From Protoeuglena noctilucae (taxonomy: Eukaryota), in the NCBI GenBank assembly GCA_958009085.1, contig OY253687.1:744001-808000 (forward strand): 64,000 nucleotides of DNA, in the 5' to 3' direction. The notes beneath the pieces are model-generated. The model searched no databases, was not told the origin of the DNA, and saw only the letters and a list, made by a program, of their open reading frames with translations. Made by a program: the position numbers and the translations under genes. Below, one piece after another: positions 12,027 through 24,400 of the stretch (its first letter is position 1; every line of letters starts with the position of its first letter).

Positions 12027-14175
12027 ATGGCTTCGGCTCTTCACGCGCTCGCGTGCGGCCTCGCGGCCGTCCGCGCAGCGGGGCCGCACCGGAGGGGCAT
12101 CGCGGAGCTGTCGCGCAGCGGCACCTCCCCGGCCGCCGGCGCCCGCGCGCTCATCGCGGCGCCTCCGCAGAGCCGCGTGCTGTCCACGCGCGCCTTCCAG
12201 ACCGTCCCGGCGTCCGGCTCCGGCGAGTCCTCGGCCCCCAAGATGGGCCGCAACGGTGTGAAGGAGAACGCCCCCGTGCTGGCCGGTGAGAGCGCGTGGC
12301 TGACAATCGATAGGAACGAGCGGACTCATGCATGAGCCATTGATAGAACCACAAAGGTCTGTGCCAGCTTACCACCCCCCCGCCACCCGAAACAACACAG
12401 CATTAGCCACGATGCCCGCCCATACCCACCCGCATCACCCCACCCTTCTCTCGCTCTCCCCGCAGGTCCCCTCGTGTCCTGCGCCTGGCTCTCCTCCCAC
12501 CTCGACAACAGGCTCCTCCGCGTGCTTGACGCCTCGTGGTTCATGCCCGCCGCCAAGCGCAACGCCCACGACGAGTTTCTGAAGGACCGCATCCCGGGGT
12601 CCCAGGCGAGTGGTTAGTCTAGCAGTGCTGATGGCGAGTAACGAGGGTAGCCGTGCTGATAGCGAAAGAAGAGCCTTGCACTTGATGTCGGGGATCGGGC
12701 TCTTGTCAGCTTAACAACCCACCCCACCCCCACCCCTCTCCCCACCCCAGTTCTTTGACATCGACGCGTGCTTTTACAACATCCAACCAATTCCAAACCC
12801 ACCCCACCCCCCTCCCCTCCCTCAGTTCTTTGACATCGACGTGGTGGCCGACAAGGCCGTCCCCCTGCCCCACATGCTCCCCGCCCCCGACGCCTTTGCG
12901 CGCGCCTGTGACGCCCTGGGTATCACCAACGACAGCGCCGTGGTCGTCTACGACCGGTCGGGCATCTTCTCCGCGCCGCGGGTGTGGTGGATGTTCCGGT
13001 GAGTTGGCAAAGGGGAGGTTTCGTGACGAGACGCTTTGCTTGGAACAACGGGGTAGGTGCAAGCCCCCACCTCGCTACCTTCGCTGCCCCCACCTACATC
13101 ACCCATTTAATACGATTCCATTTACACCATCCCAGAGACACAGTCCCGCTGACACAATCTCGTGGATTCTTTCCCACTAACAGCAACGTCGCCCCTCTCC
13201 CCAGTGCCTTCGGCCACGACCGAGTCGCGGTGCTGGACGGCGGCATGCCCGCATGGCGCGAGCACGTCAAGGACAAGCCCCACCTCCTCGACACGCGCGC
13301 TGCTACTCCCGAGGATTCCTTTGCGTCTTTGCGGGCCGCCGTGGAGGCCAAGGGAGGCCCGGCGCCCGCTTTTCAGGCAAAGCTCGACCCCCGCCGTGTC
13401 CGGGACCTGACTCAGGTCATGGCCATCCACAGGGACCACGTGAGGGGGGGACTGGGGGTGGCTGGAGGGGCGCTGCTTGCTTGCGTGCCAGTGCACGCCA
13501 TGCAGCCATGCAGACCGGCCATGGTTCCCCATCCAGCCTGACGATTTCACCGCACCCTCACTCACCCTCCCTCACCCACTCACCCCCCCCCCCCTTACAG
13601 TCCGAGCAGCTCCTGGACGCCCGTTCCGAGGGCCGCTTCAAGGGAACAGAGCCCGAGCCACGCCCCGGCCTCCGCGGGGGCCACATCCCGGGCGCTAAGA
13701 ACGTGCCTTTTGATACGGTGCTGATGCACTCGGGGGCCATGCGCAAGGCGGGGGATGTGGCGGCCATGCTGGCGTCCGCGCGGATCGACAAGGACCGGCC
13801 CATCACGGGTGAGGGGTAGGGGTGGGGGATGGCTGGGGATTGAATGGGGTGGTATTGGGTCGGACGGGAGGGAATTGGTGCGGGGCGGCGGTTGCTTGGG
13901 GGAACTGACTGAGTGGGCTGTTAAGATAAAGAATTCCATCCGCTGCGTCGCCCATCTCCTCTTCATCGCCACCTCCCCCCGCCCCTGTGCCCTGTCACGC
14001 AGTGAGCTGCGGCACGGGCGTGACGGCATGCGTGGTGGCTCTTGCGCTGGACGTGATTGGCGTGAGGCAGGTGGCGGTGTACGACGGCAGCTGGACGGAG
14101 TGGGGTGCCCGGGAGGACACGCCGGTGACCAAGGTGGAGCCCACGGGGTCGGCACTCGGGTCCATGCTGGGATGA
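12027..14175 (+). CDS. MST: 3-mercaptopyruvate/thiosulfate sulfurtransferase (two-domain rhodanese) with N-terminal organellar presequence
   Basis: VLDASWFMP, RIPGSQFFDID, APRVWWMFRAFGH, LLDARSEGRFKGTEPEPRPGLRGGHIPGA, active-site loop SCGTGVTAC, VYDGSWTEW. Confidence 0.93.
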
Positions 14176-14788
14176 GGGGGTGGCGGTGGTTGGTGGCGGT
14201 GGGGTGGTGAGGGTGGTGCAGGGTGGCGGTGGTGGTGGGGTCGATGTTGGGATGAGAGAGATGGTGGTTGTGGTGGTGGAGGCGAAGGGTACAATTGGTG
14301 CAGAATCATGGTGGTAGAAGGTGGAGGGTACCGGTGGAGGTGTCTTGACGTTGGGTTCCTCGTTTGCATGCTTAATCATGATAGGCAGCTTCTCACTACC
14401 TAACCCAGGGGCGCCGCAGACCATTCCTGTAGGGCTCGCACACGGCGAGCAAGGCGCGTGTCTCAGCAGGCAGCCACGCTCGCACGCGCGCATGTCCCGC
14501 CCAGGCCCACATCTGCGGCCGCTTCTGCGATGCGTTGCGCGTTACTACCGGAAGCGGACAGCGCACACGCGCCGTCCCTCCGCTTTGCTTGGATCGCCCA
14601 GCAAGGGATGCCATGGCAGCCAGATCTAGCATGTGTTTGGAAACGCAAGCGGTGCGGCACACGCCTGGATGTTCTCGTCTCGCGCCATTTGTGAATGGAA
14701 TCGCCGGCTCTGCGCATCGCTCGATTGCGGAAGCGCCAAGTCGCGCGTCGAGGCAGCTGCTGGTAGTTGCGCGCATTTCGTGTCAACA

Positions 14789-15706
14789 ATGCTGTCTTGC
14801 CGGATCTCGCCGCGCCCCTGCGCGCATATCGCGACCGCGAAGCCGCAGCGCGGACCTCGCGGCCCGATCCGCGCGGGCGTGGCCTGCCGCGCGACCGCGG
14901 GCGGAGCGCCGGACGCCAGCGGCCCAAGCGCGGTTGATGCGGGCCGCCAGGCGAAGCTCATGGCGGTGTACGGTCTGATCCAAAAGCTCTATCCGTCCGT
15001 GGGCGAGATGTCCGTGGCGGAACTCCGCCAGCGGCAGGACACGGCCAGCGCGCCGGTGCTGGTCGACTGCCGAACGCCCGAGGAGCGCGCCGTGTCGGTC
15101 ATCCCCGGCGCCGTGAACGAGGTGCGTAGCGATCAGGTGGTCCATGGGTGCCGATATCGTCTCCGTTTCGCCGCGAGCCAGGCGCGCTGCGCTGAGGTGG
15201 CTCATCGTCGCCGATCTCCTCTGTTTCGTGGTCGGTTGACAGTTACCTGTCGTGGCCGCAGGAGGAGGCCCTCCGCATAGCGCGGGATCGCCCGGACGCG
15301 GACCGTGTCGCCGTTTGCTACTGCACGGTCGGCTACCGGTCCGCCAAGACCGCGGCGCGGCTGCAGGAGACGGGGACGTTCGTGCGCGCGTATAACCTGC
15401 AGGGCGCTCTGCTGGGCTGGACGCACGAGGGTCTGCCGCTCCAGGTGAGCGATAAGCATTCATTTTGTTACACTGCAGGTGCCGGTAGCGTTCGTGAATG
15501 ACCCGCACCGGAGTCCAGGCGCCTGAACCAACACTCAAAATTGCAGCTGCACTTGATAGCTCCTTTCCTCACATCCGCAGGGCCCGGACGGCAAGCGCAC
15601 GAACCGCGTGCATGTTTACGCGCCGCTCCTGTCCTTCCAGCGCCACGACTACGAGCCGGTCAGTTTCGATTCCTGGCTGTCGCGCGTGCCGAAGGACATG
15701 TTCTAA
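14789..15706 (+). CDS. Single-domain rhodanese-like protein with probable plastid transit peptide
   Basis: 3 exons: VLVDCRTPEERAVSVIPGA / VCYCTVGYRS...YNLQGALLGWTHEGLPL / GKRTNRVHVY; N-terminus rich in R/A/S/P with VACRA. Confidence 0.85.
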
Positions 15707-16650
15707 TTCACGGCCATGCTAGCGCAGTTGGCGTTAACACCAAGCACACAACCACAGCCGGCTGCGTTCTCCTCGCCGCGATCCTCGCCCCTGCGCAGCA
15801 CTGGCTTTGGCTGTGGCCGCATCACAACACGCTCGCATAGTTCGTTTCCTTCAGCTGTTTCAAGCGTGAGCTGTTGCAAGCGTTCGCATACGCACGCGCG
15901 AGGGCACCGTCGCGATCTCCGCCGACGCACGTGGCCGGTTGTGGAGTTTGGCCACAGCCAAATGAGAACGCGGGCGCGGGTCGGAGCGTCGACGATGCAC
16001 AGCGGCCGCTGCTGCGCGTAGATGTGTTAGAAAAGCGACATGGACAAACGCGGAAAGGCCGCCAGCCCACGGCCCGCAGCGGGCGAGGGCGGCGGGGCGC
16101 ATCATTGGGCAGCACGGGCGAGCAAGGCGCTGCTGTCTCCTATAACGGCTCGTGTACAACGCTCGTCTCCTATCAGGCAGGCGCAACTGTGGCTGCAGCG
16201 TGGACGCAGTGTGCATTGGGCCGCCACCCTGCCTCTGCCTGCCAAGCTAACAGCGTCGCACCCAATGCCACCCACAATGCACCACCGCAACCTCAGCCCT
16301 CGGCCCCTTAGCCCCACCCCTCGCTCTCCCCCCATGTACTTGGAGAGTAGACGAGCCTCCCCAGCCTATCTCACACCTCAGTCTCCCACCACCATGCCCA
16401 CACACTCCTCCACATATCGCTCAGCAGGTACCGCCCTGCCAGGTCACCAAACCCCCCTCAGGCTCGGGCATATGCCCTCCACCCAGCTTGGTATCACCCA
16501 AACTCAGCCATCGCCCTAGCCCAGCAAAGCCAAACACCAGCCCAACAAACAGCCGATTGCACCACAGCCCAAATGCCCATCCACCCACCAACCCCACAGC
16601 ACCACCGCTCAACCCCCACCAACCCAGCCACTTGGCCCCTCAGTTGTAGA

Positions 16651-19600
16651 TCATGCCGGCCGTGACCTCTGGGTAAGGCCCGAGGCCCTTGACGCCCAGG
16701 CCGGGAATGGTCTCATTGGAAGCGTCGACCCACTGAGCGGGGGCGTAGACGGCGACGGTGCGAGAGGGGGCGTAGACCTGAAAGGGGGGGTAAGTGTGGT
16801 TAGTGGGGTGGGGTGATGAGGGGAGTGTTGGGTGATGAAGGCAAGCGAGTGGTTGACAACGACCCTGTCAACTCTCGACCCACATCCCGAGTGGAGAGTC
16901 AAAGGGTTAGCCGTCAAATACTATTACAACTAACAGTGCGTTCAATCGGCAGCTCACCCGGAACGAGTGGGGCCTGTCGTTGATCCCCTGGTCCTCTGCG
17001 ACGAAGGTGGCGTCGTTGTTCTTGCTGAGGTTCTTGTACCCCCCGAAGACCTCCTCGTCCGACGTCAGCACGATCTTGTACTCGGTCTTGTGGTAGCACC
17101 CAACGCGGTAGTCTGGGGGGGGCAGAGGGAGATGAGGTACTGTTAGTATTACTACATAGATCATAAGTATCTATAATTATAATATTACAACATTGAAATA
17201 GTAAAATTACAATTTATAAAAATACAATTACAATTACAATCATTATTATTACGAAATAAATCAAAGTAAGACCGATTAGATTACACCTAACAGATGTATT
17301 GAATATGCATATCTCACCGGTGAAGCTCTTCTCCGGGTGGAAGTTGAACACAAACACGAGGTCGCCCCGCTCCACGACCACCAGCTTGTCCCCCTCATCC
17401 TTTTTGGACACCCACTGGTGCGGAGCCGTGATGAACCCGAACGCCTTGTCCAGGTGCTGCATAGCACGATCCCAGGCGTTCATGTGCTTATACCGGAGGA
17501 ACTCGGCATCGCAGAGGTCCCACCGCCGGCGGCAGTGGTGCAGCGAGCCCCCGTTGCCCTTGATGAAGCGGCCGGTCGAGGGGTCCACTGCGGGGGGAGG
17601 GAGGGTTATGAGATATTCATATCGTATTTGTATAATTATAAGTAATGTAATATCATTTAATATAATAATATGGATATTATTACAAATATAACATTGACAG
17701 TCCCTTGCCTTTCTAATTATCGCATCCCTCATCACCCCAACACCCAACCCCACTCACCGAAGTCCACACGCGGGAAGTCGATCCACTCCGGGTGCCCGAA
17801 CTCGTTGCCCATGAAGTTCAAATACCCCTGCCCGCCAAGCGCCATCGTGATGGTGCGGATCATCTTGTGCAGCGCAATGCCCCGGTCCACCGCCGGCTCC
17901 TGGGGACCGTACCCCGCCACAGCCATGCCGTCGTACATGTGCTTGTCCATCAGCCAGAACGCGATGGTCTTATCGCCCACGAGTGCCTGGTCGTGCGACT
18001 CGGCGTACCCGATCACGTCCTCGGCATAGCGGCGGTTGGTGAGGGTGAAGACCATGTGGCCCATGCCCCAGGCGTAGTCGTTGCCCTTCTTCATCGTCTC
18101 GATCCACATGTCTGGGGGGAGATGGGGGGAAATAGGGATGTTGCTTTTGTTATTATTAACATCTGTATGAAATAGCATGGATGGGCGCAGCCAAAGACGA
18201 ACATACATGCCATGGTCCGGAAGTCGCCCAATCGCCCCCCCCCCTTGCTCTGCCCGATGACTGTTATCAATTATTATCAGTAACAACACTCCATGCCTCT
18301 CTCACTACCCGTATCTACTAACCACTAAAACTCACCCGGGATGGCCATGTGCAGCCGGTAGTCGAACCCGACCCCTCCCTCCTGCACAGGCCGGCAGAAG
18401 GTGGGCATGCCCGACACGTCCTCCCCCACCACCACCGAGTTGGGGTAGAAGCCCTTGACGAGCGTGTTGACGAGCATCAGGTACACGACCGCGTCCACGT
18501 CCGTGGCCATGCCAAAGTACTCGTCGTAGTTGCCAGTAAACGCCATCCCGAGGCCGTGGTGGGTGTACATCATGGACGTCACGCCGTCGAACCGGAACCC
18601 GTCGAATTTAAATTCGTCCATCCAGTAGCGCGTGTTGGAGAGCAGGAAGCGCAGCGTCTCCCAGTTGCCGTAGTTGAAGCACCGGCTGTCCCACACCCAG
18701 TGGTAGCCGCGGGCGCCCGAGTGGAAGTACTGGTGGTCTGCGGGGGTGAGGAGGGAGATATTGGAAATATGCATATGATAAATATGCATATATGGTTGAT
18801 AAGGGATAATAGCAAATAGCAAACATAAGTAATAATGATAGTGGAAGTACTGATGGTCTGCATGCCGGCCAGCCCCTCACCCCCACCCACCCACCCCCAC
18901 CCAACTCACCCGTCCCGTCCCACCCGTCGATCCCGTCGTTGGCGTTCTTGCTGGCGTGCGAGTGCACGATGTCCATGAGCACGTGCAGGCCCATGCGGTG
19001 CGCCTCGTCAATCAGAGACTTGAGCTCGTCAGGAGTGCCAAAGCGGGAAGAGGGGGCGAAGAAGTTGGTGACGTGGTAGCCGAAGGAGCCGTAGTAGGCG
19101 TGCTCCTGGATGGCCATGATCTGCGAATGATAGCAATGGTTAACGATAGTTATGACAACAGCCGATCGCCTGCCAAGCTTCACTGCTAAGCGCGCCCACC
19201 CGGCGGACGCATGATAGCACATGCCCACACACTACATCACGCCCCACATCACGTTCACAACCCATCTCCCCACCTGGATGGCGTTGTACCCGAGCCTCCG
19301 GATGCGCGGCAGCACGTTGTCGCGGAAGTCGACGTAGGTGTTGATCTTGGGCTCCTCGCTGGACATCCCGATGTGGCACTCGTACACGCGCAGCGAGCGG
19401 GGGCGGGGCGGGCGGGGGTACTTGAACACGTACGTCTTGTTGGCCTCGAGGACGCCTGGCTTGCCCATCTCCGGGGGCATGTAGTTGACGCCGTTGAACT
19501 GCACCTCGTTCCACTCCTGCGTGGCCCACCTGGGGGAGTTGGAGAGAGGGGGAGGGGTTAGCTTTACTCAGCTTCTAAGGATTATGGGGGGGGTGCTGGG

Positions 19601-21436
19601 CTGTGCTAGCACGGCTGTGCGATGAAGGGTGGGTTGGGCAGAGAGGATGAAAGTGGAAGAGAGAAGTGGGAAACACGAAGCACATTTGCGACGAATGCCG
19701 GGCATCACAGCCAGGCAGGCAAAGCGGGTGCTGCTCAAGACTGCGCCCCTGCGCCATCGCCGCCACCGCCCGCCCGCTGCTTATGCCCTCTCTCTCAACG
19801 CAGCCTGCCCACTCGCCGGATGTACGCGGGGATGCGGTCGGCCCAGTGTCCGTTGTGGAACTGCACGCGGGCCTTGACCTTGCTCATGTGGGGGATGGCG
19901 GGGGTGCCGTCGGCGTTGTCGGGGATGAATAACTGGAACACGCCGAACTCGTTGCGGATCGCCCAGTGGCTCGGCTGCGGCTCCCAGTTGTTGAAAGTGC
20001 CCACCAGCGCGATCGCCTGGCATCCCGGGGCCCACTCGCGGTACCACACGCCCTTCTTGCCGTCGTGCTCCCCGCGGTTGATGCCGAAATACTTGTACGC
20101 CTGGGTGAACTTGTCGAAACCGCCCTCGTTCAGCTCTGCGCGGGGAAGCGGAGCGAAGGCGGGTCGCGAATCCGCGCTTGCATATCGACGCAGCGCGCGA
20201 GTGCAGCTCCCTCCCGCGCGGAAGATCCGGGGCCCCGCCGGCCGCGGAAACGGCAAATTCATTTAGGTATACGCAAATTCTCACCGATGGCCTGGCGCAC
20301 GCCCTTGTAGACGGACCAGCGGTAGCGGAAGTGGTTGGCATGCGACCAGAGCGTCTGGTCCCACTGCAGGCACTCCGTCCCGTCGTGCGAGGGCATCGGG
20401 AAGATGTCGCCCTTGGTGTCCACCAGCGCGCCGTCCTGCGGCGCCCGGACCAGCGGGGCCCAGAGGTCCTCCCCCACGATGGGCGTGCCGCGTGCCGCCA
20501 TCTCCGCCATGCGATCCCCCGTCCCGGCGATGTACGACTCCGCGCCGGTCCCCGTCATGCCCGCGACCTGCGACTCTAGCATTTGTACCGTGAAAGAGGC
20601 ATCCTGGGGTACAGCGGGGCGCAGGACACGCGGGTGAGTGGTGGCGGGAAAGGCAAAAGGGAGCGGGAGTCCCGGCGCAGGGCGGGCCGCGCGGGGTGCG
20701 AATGGGGACGCGGTCTTGTCGCTGACGGGCTCGGCGACGGCTGGGAACTGAGGGAGCTGCTGCTGCTCTCGGGGCTGAGGGGATGGGCGGGGGGAGGTGG
20801 CGCGGCGCGGCAAATGGCGGGAAGCGTGCTGGGTGGCAGAGAGGGGGAAAGGGGCGGACGGGGCGGGAGAGGGGTGCACCATTAACCGAGGCGCGGGTCC
20901 GATACGGCGCGAGATGCAAAGGGCGAGGGGGGGCCGGGATCCTGGTCGCGGCCTGCGCTCACCTCAATCGTCTGCCTAAGAAGCTCGTTCTCCCTCTTGA
21001 GCACCTCCAGCGCCGTCATGTCGTTCTCCGCGGCGCAAACGACCCCGCGGCGGGCTGCGGGGGCGGCGGGAGGGGCGGAGGTTGAGCGCCAAACGGCGCT
21101 TCCGGTCCCCACGGCCCCGCGTCGCGAGTTATCAAGCGAGGAGGCGCGGCGCGCGGGCGCGGGAGCTGCGGTGAGAAGAAACGTCGACGGAGGGGGCGCA
21201 GAGGGCGCAGGCGGGGCCCGCGGGGGCGGCGCAGGGCAGTGGTAGGGCGAACAAAGACCGTCGCGCGCGGCCGGGAACGGGGCGCATGCGGGCTCGGAAG
21301 CGCGCCTGCAAGACCGGGCGAGAGGGAGGCCCCGCGGGGCGCGGGCCCCCGCCTCGTTCCCGGCCGGCCGCGCACGGGTGGGGCGCAAACCCAGCCCCAC
21401 GCGCGTGGGCCCCGCGCTGGTCGACGCGGCGCGCAT
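16651..21436 (-). CDS. SBE: Starch branching enzyme (1,4-alpha-glucan branching enzyme, GH13 with CBM48)
   Basis: [96 protein letters not shown]; start and transit-peptide exon approximate. Confidence 0.96.
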
Positions 21437-24400
21437 CCGCCGTGGAAATGGGCGCGGAAGAGGCCGGAGGAGAGCAAGAGCGCGATGCGAGCCCGATCGC
21501 GGGGCGGGAGGGCGCGGTCGCGCGCGGGACCGGGCCTGATGGCCAGTCCGAGGGAAAGCGAGAGCCTCGGCCCGCGCGGCGCCGGGCCGCTCGCGCCGAC
21601 CCCACTCGCAAGCTCGCGTGGAAAATTCGGCGGCGCAGTGGGGGTGCGGGGCGCGGGAGGGGGCCGGAGGAGCGCTGGCCGTTCCGACCCCCCACGCCCT
21701 AGACGAGCCCCCTCGCCGCTGATCGCACGCGAGAGCCGAGGCGCGGCAACGAACTGACTCGCGAAAACCGACCGGCCCGGGGAGGAAGCGGGGCGTGCAC
21801 GGCCGGGGGGGTCCGGGATATCAGAGACCCGAGCCCCGGGACGGCCGTCCGCGCCACGCACCCGTGCGAAGACCAGCGCCGCTCTTCGCCTGCGCCGAGC
21901 GCCTCGTAAAGGAGGCAGGGGCGCCCCCAAGGCGCGGGGCCCCGAGGGTCTGCATCCCTGCGAGCCCCTCAGCCACGATTCCAGCCAGCAGCGACGAGCG
22001 GGTGGCCAGCCACTGGCGCGGTTAGGAGGAACGCTACCGTCTGGACCCGCCGGAGCCCGGAAGGAAGGAATTTGGCACCGACGACTCGACTGGCAGGGAA
22101 ACGTCAGAGAAAGCGCGGGGGATCAAATGCGCCGCCCGGGGCCGTGCCTTGGCAGAAGGGGAGTTTCTTCTCCTCGTTGACTTGTTGCAATACAGGATGC
22201 CGTGAGAAGAGCCTTTGTGCGCGGGCCCCGGTGAGTCGCTCGACGCGGCCCGCCTTCGGCCCGTCTCCGGCGCGGAGGCGAGTTGTTGTGCCGAAATCTA
22301 GCTCCTCGCAACGCGGGTGCCCCTCCCGTCGCTCGCAGCGGGGCCCGCGCCCCTGCGTATTCTTGGAGCGCGTTCGGGGCTCCTCGGCCCCGTCGAGCCA
22401 CGTCCATGGTGACGGCATGATTCACGCGCCTCTGTCTGATCGTGACAGCGCGCGCTTCGCTCGTGAGCGGCTCGCGTCGACGCAGAACGGACGCCAACGA
22501 CTGGTGGGGCCTCGGCTCCGAGGGGGGGCTATTCCAGCGTTCACAGCGCGTCATGTGACCCTAGGTGAGTGCGGGCGGCGAGCTCAGAGGCACGGGCGCG
22601 CCTCGGGGGGTCGCGGCGGGCCCGCCATGTCCTCATTGCGCTCCGCCCCCCCTCGCGCGCGCAGGACCCGGCGTCGCTCCCGCAGCCTGGCACTCCACGC
22701 TTCACATAATCACGTTGGTCCGTTCTCGGCCGCCTCGAGCGCGCCCCAGCGTCGGCTTTGCGTTCTCCACCTCTGCTGCACACTGCCCAGGGTCCCATCG
22801 CGCTCCCGCATCGCCGCCCGCTCCCGACACACCTCCACGCGTGCGTCTCATGTGCTCCCGCGGTCCCCGCCACATCTCTCCTGCGCTCCCGGCCATCCCA
22901 AGCTCCTCCCGTCACATCGCTCATGAGCATCTCTCATGCGCTCCCGCCTCGTGACCCTCCCCGTGCTCCACGCCGTCTGCGAGCAACGACACGCAACGAT
23001 GCGGTCTGCTTTCGCGACACCCACCCACCCGTGAGCGAGCCAGCGCGGCGCAGGCAGGTGCCAGGTGCGAGGGCAACGGCCCTGGGGCATTTCGCCCCCA
23101 TTCATCGGGCGTCAAGGTTCCGCGGCCCGCGGGGCTTCGTCCCCTTTCCCATTGGCGGCGATTGGCCATTGGCTGAGCAGCGACGCTTGGTCGGTCGAGC
23201 GGCGGCGGCGGCGGGCGGGGTGCAGAGGCACCCGGGTGTGACGACGGCGGAGCTGTGCATGCGTGGCCAGGCGGAGTGCCTCGGCGTGGCGAGTGGGTCG
23301 GTGGGGGAGGCGGAGCGCCTCGGGGTGTTGGGTTGTGGCTTTCCTCGGCAGGGCGCAGTGCCTGTGCCGCGGTGTGTGGGTGTTGGGCGAGGCAGAGGCC
23401 TCTGTATCGGTGCTGAGTGATAGCTCGATTGGCGGGAGGACTTGAGAGGCGGTCGAGTGACGACGGCCTTTAAGGTTCGTGTGTGGAGAGGACTCGTGTG
23501 GCCGGCGGTTGGATAAGGCGAGGGGCGGGGCCTAGCGTGGCGCATGGGCTGGGGTGGCAGTAGAGAGAGTCGCTCACTCTCATTTCGTTGCTGTCTCTGC
23601 AGGCCATTGTCATGGTGTACCCGTGTGGCTGACCCCTCTGGTGAGGTTGTCGACAAGCATCACACACTTGTTGGGCTGACCTGGGTCGCGGTGCGTGGCG
23701 GGATGGTGGGGTTGGGAGCGATGGTTTGGGAGTGTGGTGGCGTGGGCGAGGCGAGCGTGGCTGAGCCGAGGCTGGGGTGGTTTGGGGTGGTGTCGGATGC
23801 ACGGTGGGGCGAGCATTGCCGGTGGTTAGGGTGCACGAGCCAGGGTGGTGGTCGAGGTGGCGTTTGGGGTCCCGTCTCTCTCCATGCGCTGGTGGCAGGT
23901 GGCGATGAGGGTGGGCTGTTCGGAAGGCCATTGCGCTGGTAGCGCTGATGTGGGCACGGGCCGGTGGTGGCGTTGGCGTGGCTGAGAGTGGGGGATCAAG
24001 GGAGCACCGGGCTGTGTTGCAGGGGTGGCGTAGGCGCGTTTGGTGCGTGTATGTGGGCGGGGTGGTGGCGTGCGGTGTGGTGGGGTGGTGGCGTGCGGTG
24101 TGGTGGGGTGGTGGGTAGCGCTTGTGCAGCCGCCCTCGCAGTCACGGGTGGGTGGCGATCTCTCATACCTTGTCCCCGCCGCTTTGCCCGTTGCCTCTCT
24201 TTGCCTTCGCAGTCCCTCCCATCTCGCTTGTTGTTACCACGGTGAATGCCAGACTTCCATTCTCGCGTTTCACGGCCCTCGCTTCCCCGCTGTTGATGCG
24301 TGGCGCAGACCTTACTTCACCCCGACCTCCGTGCCCCTTGCCGCCGAGTCATTATGGGTCTGATGGGATTCGTTCCCTTTACCCCTTTTGGCTGTCATGG

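Noticed and set aside
9968..12329. Multiple long overlapping ORFs (350-456 aa) in several frames
   Set aside because: Expected from very high GC; only the receiver-domain exons are supported
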